Part shown: positions 58,357 through 64,000 of the stretch, piece after piece
Layout of the letters: every line of letters starts with the position of its first letter
How positions within the stretch are numbered: position 1 is the stretch's first letter
From: an uncultured Candidatus Micrarchaeota archaeon
GTDB lineage: Archaea; Micrarchaeota; Micrarchaeia; Anstonellales; Bilamarchaeaceae
Assembly (NCBI GenBank): GCA_963714085.1
Contig: OY970229.1
Coordinates: forward strand, 192,001 to 256,000
DNA length: 64,000 bases
Reading direction: 5' to 3'
Made by a program: the position numbers and the translations under genes
The notes under the pieces: generated by a model
The model's input: only the letters and a program-made list of their open reading frames with translations
Database searches by the model: none
Told to the model about the DNA's origin: nothing

Positions 58357-59330
58357 ATGATGCAAGATATGACAAGTAGGGACAGGATGCTGAGGAACGT
58401 GCTGACTGCGGGCGCTAGGAACGAGCTGGCCAAGAGCGAATCAGCGAAAAAAGGGGAAGCGAGCCCCAGGTCAGCCCTGCGGAAAGGGTGGAGTCGTGCC
58501 TCGGGAGATACCTGGATTGCCGCACGGCGCTTTCACAAGCCGCTGATGAGCGAAAAGCCGGCCAGGCGAAGATCGCGCTACGCGAGGCCCGCCTAGACCT
58601 GCTCGAGATGGTCGATGTCATGGACAGGTTGCACCACGCGGGAGAGGGATCCGAAAACGTCAGGGCCGCGGTTGAAAACCTCCATTCCGACGCCAAGGAG
58701 CTCAGGGACACCAGCCCGGACCTGAGGAAGAAGGCTGACATCCTGCTCGCCCGCATGCAGGCGCAGGACCACGTGGCCTCTCTCCTACGTCGGGACGATC
58801 TGGGCCCTGGGCAGAAGCTGCCGCTCCTCGTGAATGCGCTCGGGGGGATCTCCCTGCTCATGGGAGGGGGCGATAACGGCCCGCCGGCATCCGCGGGCGT
58901 GCTGGCGGCCAGGGCTTTGGACATGGTCAACATGGCTGGTTCGCAGGACGATGCAGAACCGGGATGCAAGCGCGCGGCGCTCGCGGCCAGGATCATGAGG
59001 CTCGGCCGCATACCGCTGACGGTCCCCCAGGAGATGGCAGACGGGGCGAGGGCGAACCTCGTCTCGCTTGTCGGGGATGTGGCCTCTTTAACCGGGACCT
59101 CCGAGCGGTCGCTGCGGGAACGCGAAGCTGCGATCCTGAAACTCGCGAACGCGCACGCGGATTTGGTGATCCTGAACAGCGTCCTGAGGCAGGCGCAGCC
59201 GGACGGGGCGTGTACCGACAGGGACCTGGTGGTCTCGGCGCTGGACATGGTGATCGCGGGTCATCCGGACTTGATGGAGAAGGCCGCCGCAGGTCTCCTA
59301 AGGGACGGGCAGAAACCGAAAAAGAGGTGA
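58357..59330 (+). CDS. Hypothetical protein, paralog 1 of tandem family B, frameshifted at the A6G4 tract
   Basis: ATG 58357 with AGGTGA SD aligns with the paralog-2 N-terminus; homology continues in the -1 frame after 58447-58456. Confidence 0.7.
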
Positions 59331-59332
59331 CG

Positions 59333-60523
59333 ATGATGATGGAAGACCCGAAGAATAGGACGATAAGCGCGGTTCCGGCCTCGACAGCAGCCTCTGCAGG
59401 CGGCCGGGACCGTCTGGCCTCTAGCGCATCCGCGAGGGAAGGAGGGAGCGAGCGCGCGTGCAGCGCTTCGGAAGAGGTCAGGTCGTGCCTCCGTAGATAC
59501 CTGGATTGCCGCATCGCGCTTTCGGAGGCCGGCGCTGGTGCCGAAAAAATCAAGGAGGCCAGGGGCACGCTTGACAGGGCCCTGCTTGGGAAGAGAACAA
59601 GGGCCGTCGCCTACGATGTCGGGATCCTCCAGACGGAAGCCGGGGAGCCGGATGCCCGAAGAACCGCTCACGCTGGGGATGAGGCCCTCCTCGGGCTGGC
59701 TGAGCGGGTCGAGATGGCCGCGAGCGTCAGGATCGAAATAGACGCCCTTCATGCGAAAGCCAAGGGGCGCAATGACGAAAGGACCGCCCGTGCGAAGCAT
59801 GAACTGGATGCGGCCCGCCTCGAGCTGCTTTGCCGGGTCGAGGACATGGAGGCCCTGCACTCCAAGGGGGAGGAAACCAGGGATGTCAAGGGCGCGCTCC
59901 AGGTCCTTTATGTGGAAGACAAGGAGCTCGGAGACGCAGATGCCGGCTTGAGAAAGAGGGCCAGGACGCTGCTCGCCCATATCCAGGCGTCGGAAAGCAT
60001 AAAGGCCATGGTCACGAGCGGGGACGTGGAGGCGCAAATGAAGCGGATGTTTCTCTCGCGCCAGCTCGCCGAGATCTGCCTGCTAGTGGAAAGAGACCTG
60101 CAGCCGGAAGACCCGCAGTTCAAGCTGGTGTCCGAGGCCCTGGCGATAGCGTCGGCTTTGGACAAAAGAACGGAACTGGCCGCGTTGGTGCTGTACGCAA
60201 GGCACATGGGGAATACCAAAATCCCCGTGGAGATCCCTGAGGCCGGCGCCGAAGCGGCGAGAGCGAACGTCTCCTCGCTCGTCACGGCCGTCGAGTCCAT
60301 AACAAGCAATGACAGGCGTACGGAACAGGTGCGCACCCAGGCGCTCACCAACCTCGCGAACGCATACGGGGACATGCTGGTGCTGGAGGAGGCCAGGAAC
60401 ACGCCTTCAGGCAGGCCGGAGGACCTTGCGCTGCTGCAAAGGGCGCTCGGCATCGTGGCATCGAACCCGCCAAGCGCGAGCAAGCGGGTCGCAGCAGAGA
60501 TGATGAGTGAGAGGCTTAAGTGA
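59333..60523 (+). CDS. Hypothetical protein, paralog 2 of tandem family B
   Basis: Start moved to ATG 59333 after GAGGTGA; SCL.RYLDCR, ARANvsSLV and LANA.gD motifs. Confidence 0.8.
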   Translation: MMMEDPKNRTISAVPASTAASAGGRDRLASSASAREGGSERACSASEEVRSCLRRYLDCRIALSEAGAGAEKIKEARGTLDRALLGKRTRAVAYDVGILQTEAGEPDARRTAHAGDEALLGLAERVEMAASVRIEIDALHAKAKGRNDERTARAKHELDAARLELLCRVEDMEALHSKGEETRDVKGALQVLYVEDKELGDADAGLRKRARTLLAHIQASESIKAMVTSGDVEAQMKRMFLSRQLAEICLLVERDLQPEDPQFKLVSEALAIASALDKRTELAALVLYARHMGNTKIPVEIPEAGAEAARANVSSLVTAVESITSNDRRTEQVRTQALTNLANAYGDMLVLEEARNTPSGRPEDLALLQRALGIVASNPPSASKRVAAEMMSERLK

Positions 60524-60585
60524 GGATGGCATTTGTTTATATTTTGTACCATTCTTTATAGGAAAACAGAAACATGGTGATCATT

Positions 60586-61536
60586 ATGGCGGACAGCACA
60601 GCAACACAGACGAGGACACCGGCCCCGAGGCCGGAGATGAGACCGCTGACCAGGAGCAGTTCCGCTGCGCATGGGGGGCCAGAATGGACTCCGGAACGGA
60701 TCGCAGCAGCAAAGGTCGGCCGCGCTATCGCCGGCTGCCTGAAGCTCGACATGGAGCTTCTGCGTCGCCCGGCCGAGATACATGACGATGCGGAAAAAGC
60801 GCGCACCGCCGTTTGCACGGAGCTCCTCGAATGCGTCCCGGACATGGAGACGCTGCAGCGCGCCGGGAAGCAGCCCGAGCTGGTCAAGAAGGCTCTCGGA
60901 ATCCTCGATGCGAACCAGAAGAGGTTCGATGGCGCCGGGGAAATCGATCCTCAGCTCAGGGTGCGGGCCAGGGCGCTGCTCGGCCATGTAGAGGCGAGGC
61001 ATTTGGTGGAGCGCCTGATCACCAGCACTGAGCTGGACGACACGCACAGGCGGCGGGCCCTCGCGCACGCGCTCGGCGAGGTCTCCCTGCTCCTCGGGAT
61101 GGACAAGGACGACGAGCTGGCATCCGCGGCCCTTGACACGGTGATGGCCGCTGGTTTCGATGGTCAGAGCGCGAAACCCTGGGAGAGGCGCGCCGCGCAG
61201 GCCGCGATGCTCATGGCCGGCCCAAGGGACGTGGTGCAGATAGGGCTGGAGACGGCCGAAGAGGCGAGAGAGAACCTCGCATCGCTAGTGGGCAATGTGG
61301 CCGCAGCCAAGGGGAGCGGCAAGCGGTGGGATAGGATACGCGACCAGGCGGTCCTGGAACTCGCGGAGGCGTACCATGACGTGGTCGTGCTTGACGCAGC
61401 CCGCAGGCAAGGGCTGGGGAGAGAGACCGACGAGTCGCTGATAAGGGCGGCGCTCGGGAAAGTGATCGAAAGGCCACCCACCAACGCGAAGCTGGCCGCG
61501 GCCGAGATGATGAGAGCGAAGCTGGAACAAGAATGA
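60586..61536 (+). CDS. Hypothetical protein, paralog 3 of tandem family B
   Basis: GGTGA SD; shares LR.RA..LL, LGE.SLL, AR.NL.SLVG and AAEMM..KL. Confidence 0.8.
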   Translation: MADSTATQTRTPAPRPEMRPLTRSSSAAHGGPEWTPERIAAAKVGRAIAGCLKLDMELLRRPAEIHDDAEKARTAVCTELLECVPDMETLQRAGKQPELVKKALGILDANQKRFDGAGEIDPQLRVRARALLGHVEARHLVERLITSTELDDTHRRRALAHALGEVSLLLGMDKDDELASAALDTVMAAGFDGQSAKPWERRAAQAAMLMAGPRDVVQIGLETAEEARENLASLVGNVAAAKGSGKRWDRIRDQAVLELAEAYHDVVVLDAARRQGLGRETDESLIRAALGKVIERPPTNAKLAAAEMMRAKLEQE

Positions 61537-61539
61537 GCC

Positions 61540-62163
61540 TCAGGCCACCGCGAGGAACCCGTCCGCGATGAGCTGCTGCGCCTCCACGGAAGTGAGGCCC
61601 CGCGCCTGCAAATAGAATATCTTCTCTTTCTCTATCTCCCTCACGCTCGCCGAGTGCGAGCAGTCCACGTCGTTGTTCAATATCTCCAGGACCGGATCAG
61701 CCCTCGCCTTCGCGGTTTCACCCAGAAGCAGCGCCTTGCACTCCACGCGGGAGACCGAGCCTGGAGCGGATTCCTCTATCTTCGCGAGCCCGGAGAGCTC
61801 CACGGCCGCAGAGTCCCATGCAACGCCCTTCGAATGCACAATCGAGCGGGTGTTCGGCGCGGAATGTATTATGTTCGCGCTGCACCTCTGCGCGTCCTTG
61901 CCAAGAGCGCGGCAGACGCTCGTGATGTCCACGGAAGAACCGGCTCCTGAAAGCGCGCATTCTATGGCGAGCGAGGAGCTTCCGCTGGATTCGGATTCCA
62001 ATTTCAAGGATGCGTTCTCCTCCATGGTTATCCTGAGGCATGCCTGGCCAGTGAGCAGCTTGGCCTGCATCTTCGCTGCTTTCCCTTTCGGGATGACGAA
62101 CACGTCCTGCTCCTTCTCCAGCGCGCCATCCGAGGTCAGATGGAAATCTATGGAGCGGGTCAT
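61540..62163 (-). CDS. sufD: Short SufD-like Fe-S assembly protein
   Basis: Start ATG 62163 overlaps the sufB stop; P.LEI.NNDV.CSHSA and FYLQARG motifs. Confidence 0.85.
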   Translation of the reverse strand: MTRSIDFHLTSDGALEKEQDVFVIPKGKAAKMQAKLLTGQACLRITMEENASLKLESESSGSSSLAIECALSGAGSSVDITSVCRALGKDAQRCSANIIHSAPNTRSIVHSKGVAWDSAAVELSGLAKIEESAPGSVSRVECKALLLGETAKARADPVLEILNNDVDCSHSASVREIEKEKIFYLQARGLTSVEAQQLIADGFLAVA

Positions 62164-63554
62164 CCTACGGCACCCTCCATCTGCAGCTGTATCAAGCGGT
62201 TGAGCTCCACAGCGTATTCCATGGGGAGCTCGCGCGTGAACGACTCCATGAAGCCGAGGACCACCATGGCGAGCGCGTCTTTTTCCGGAATCCCCCTGCA
62301 CATCAGGTAGAAGAGCTTGTCCTGGCCTATCCTGCCGACCTTGGCCTCGTGGCTCACCGTCGCCTTGGGGGTATCGCTCCTTATCGTGGGGTATGTGTCC
62401 GAGCGGGAGAGCTTGTCCAGGAGGTAGGCGTTGCATTGCACGAAGCTTTTGGCGCCTTCGGCTTTCCTGTCGACCCGCACCAGGCCCCTGAAGCTGGAGC
62501 GGCCCCCGTCCTTGCACACGCTTTTTTGTATTATCTTGGAGCTCGTATTAGGAGCCAGGTGTATCGCCTTGGCGCCCGTGTCCTGGTGCTGGCCCTTCCC
62601 GGCGTATGCGACCGAGAGCACCTCGGCGCGCGCGCCCTCTCCTTGCAGTATGACGCTGGGATATTTCACCGTGACCGCGCTGCCCATGTTCCCGTCTATC
62701 CACTCGACGATGGCGTTCTCGTGCGCTACCGCCCTTTTAGTGACAAGGTTGTAGACGTTGTTGGACCAGTTCTGTATGGTCGTGTAGCGCACCTTGGAGT
62801 TCTTCTTCGCGATTATCTCGACCACGGCAGCGTGCAGGGAAGCGCTGGAATACACGGGGGCTGAACATCCTTCGACGTACGACACGCTCGCGCCTTCCTC
62901 CGCGATGATGAGCGTGCGCTCGAACTGGCCGAGCTTCTCGGTGTTTATGCGGAAGTACGCCTGGAGCGGGATATCGCAGTGCGTGTTCTTCGGGATGTAG
63001 ACGAACGAACCACCTGACCAGATGGAACTGTTCAGCGAGGCGAACTTGTTGTCGTCCAGCGGGACCACGGTGCCGAAGTATTTCTCCACGATGTCAGGGT
63101 GCTCCTTCAATCCGGTGTCCATGTCAGTGAAGATTATCCCCTTCTCCTCCCACTGCTTCTTCAGATGGTGGTAGACGCTTTCTGATTCGAATTGTGCCGA
63201 CGACCCGGCGAGGAACTTCCTCTCGGCCTCGGGTATGCCGAGCTTGTCGAAAGTCTTCCTTATGTCTGATGGGACCTTGTCCCAGGACTGCTCGTTCTTT
63301 CCAGAGGGCTTCACGTAGTAATAGAGGTCGTTCAGGTCCAGGTGCGAGAGGTCAGGACCCCAGGTAGGCAGCCGCTGTTTCAAGAAGTGCGAATGCGCCT
63401 GGAGCCGTTTCTCCAGCATCCACGCAGGCTCGCCCTTCATCTTGGAGATCTCCCGTATCACCGCGTCGTCCAGCCCCTTCTTTGAGCGGAAGGCGTAGTG
63501 CTCTGGGGTGTGGAAATCGTATTTTAACGGTTCTATTTCTGCCAAGAGGAGCAC
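62160..63554 (-). CDS. sufB: Fe-S cluster assembly protein SufB
   Basis: LGIPEAE, WSGGSF, GQFERT, YVEGC, LHAAVVE, QNWS and PMEYAVEL motifs. Confidence 0.97.
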   Translation of the reverse strand: MLLLAEIEPLKYDFHTPEHYAFRSKKGLDDAVIREISKMKGEPAWMLEKRLQAHSHFLKQRLPTWGPDLSHLDLNDLYYYVKPSGKNEQSWDKVPSDIRKTFDKLGIPEAERKFLAGSSAQFESESVYHHLKKQWEEKGIIFTDMDTGLKEHPDIVEKYFGTVVPLDDNKFASLNSSIWSGGSFVYIPKNTHCDIPLQAYFRINTEKLGQFERTLIIAEEGASVSYVEGCSAPVYSSASLHAAVVEIIAKKNSKVRYTTIQNWSNNVYNLVTKRAVAHENAIVEWIDGNMGSAVTVKYPSVILQGEGARAEVLSVAYAGKGQHQDTGAKAIHLAPNTSSKIIQKSVCKDGGRSSFRGLVRVDRKAEGAKSFVQCNAYLLDKLSRSDTYPTIRSDTPKATVSHEAKVGRIGQDKLFYLMCRGIPEKDALAMVVLGFMESFTRELPMEYAVELNRLIQLQMEGAVG

Positions 63555-63605
63555 CTGATTGCAGATTACACGTCGGCAAGGTTTAAAACATATGCCGTCG
63601 GAGGC

Positions 63606-64000
63606 TCAGCGCAGCCGGGTGAATTTCGCCCCTTCCCTTTCGAGGTACTCGTGCATTATGGCCCGGTACCTGTTCGCGGTCAGGTCTATCGCGAGGTTGA
63701 CTATCTCGCTGGCTGAGGTCACGTGCTTCACCAGGAATTTGGCTTCCTCGAGGTCCTTGCTCGTCTGGCTGGGCTTAGAGCCATGTTCGTTTATCTCAAT
63801 CATGAAGAACTGGCTCCTTTTCGCGGCCTCGATGAACCTGTCCTTCACCGTATTCCAGTTGCCTATATCTCCGTCCGATATCATGGAGAACATGGGGTTC
63901 TTCCTGCCCTGGAGGTTCTTGAGCACCGTGTCCAGGTCTATGGTCGTGCCTCCGGTGGCCGGGTTCAGCAGCATCCTCTTCACTTCCGCGAGCCCCTTGG
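63606..64000 (-). CDS. C-terminal part of a VWA-like domain protein (begins beyond the window end)
   Basis: TGGT and MISDGDI MIDAS-like elements; the frame is open to the window edge. Confidence 0.5.
   Translation of the reverse strand, partial: KGLAEVKRMLLNPATGGTTIDLDTVLKNLQGRKNPMFSMISDGDIGNWNTVKDRFIEAAKRSQFFMIEINEHGSKPSQTSKDLEEAKFLVKHVTSASEIVNLAIDLTANRYRAIMHEYLEREGAKFTRLR

Noticed and set aside
58447..58456. Canonical programmed -1 ribosomal frameshift
   Set aside because: The in-frame codons are GCG AAA AAA GGG GAA, so the A_AAA_AAG heptamer is not in the required phase. Kept as a homopolymer indel instead.
1..64000. Diversity-generating retroelement, IS transposase, integrase, provirus or tRNA genes
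   Set aside because: No RT, DDE, tyrosine-recombinase or capsid motifs and no cloverleaf were recognised by eye. The duplicated segments are too short and have too few mismatches to support a TR/VR pair.

Overview
GC-rich archaeal chromosomal window, most consistent with a DPANN archaeon such as Micrarchaeota. This is an inference from the archaeal A1A0-ATPase operon, rpl15e, Rpp30, Dph2, a stand-alone 23S rRNA gene and many apparently leaderless genes about 25-30 nt downstream of TATA boxes. Housekeeping loci are atpHIKECFAB (B partial), rpl15e, rnp3, purC, dph2, aroB, aroA, gdhA and sufB plus a short sufD. They alternate with accessory DNA: a RelE-like TA pair, AT-rich islands of exported proteins, HEAT-repeat proteins, a membrane HerA/VirD4-like ATPase, an HNH nuclease, a HipA/PI3K-like kinase, a long AAA+ ATPase, a Fic protein and several tandem paralog arrays. 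Most notable: (1) an array of six stand-alone receiver-like genes, five lacking the phospho-acceptor Asp and each carrying its own copy of a promoter motif exactly 32 nt before the ATG; (2) three ORF-less bulge-helix-bulge introns (46, 49 and 136 nt) in functional regions of the 23S rRNA; (3) a Fic gene bracketed by four copies of a TGTAGTCACC(T) motif; (4) accessory cassettes repeatedly bracketed by duplicated fragments of neighbouring genes; (5) a leader with a small ORF and hairpins, plus a homopolymer frameshift, at the head of a three-paralog array. All family calls come from motif recognition by eye; no database searches were run.
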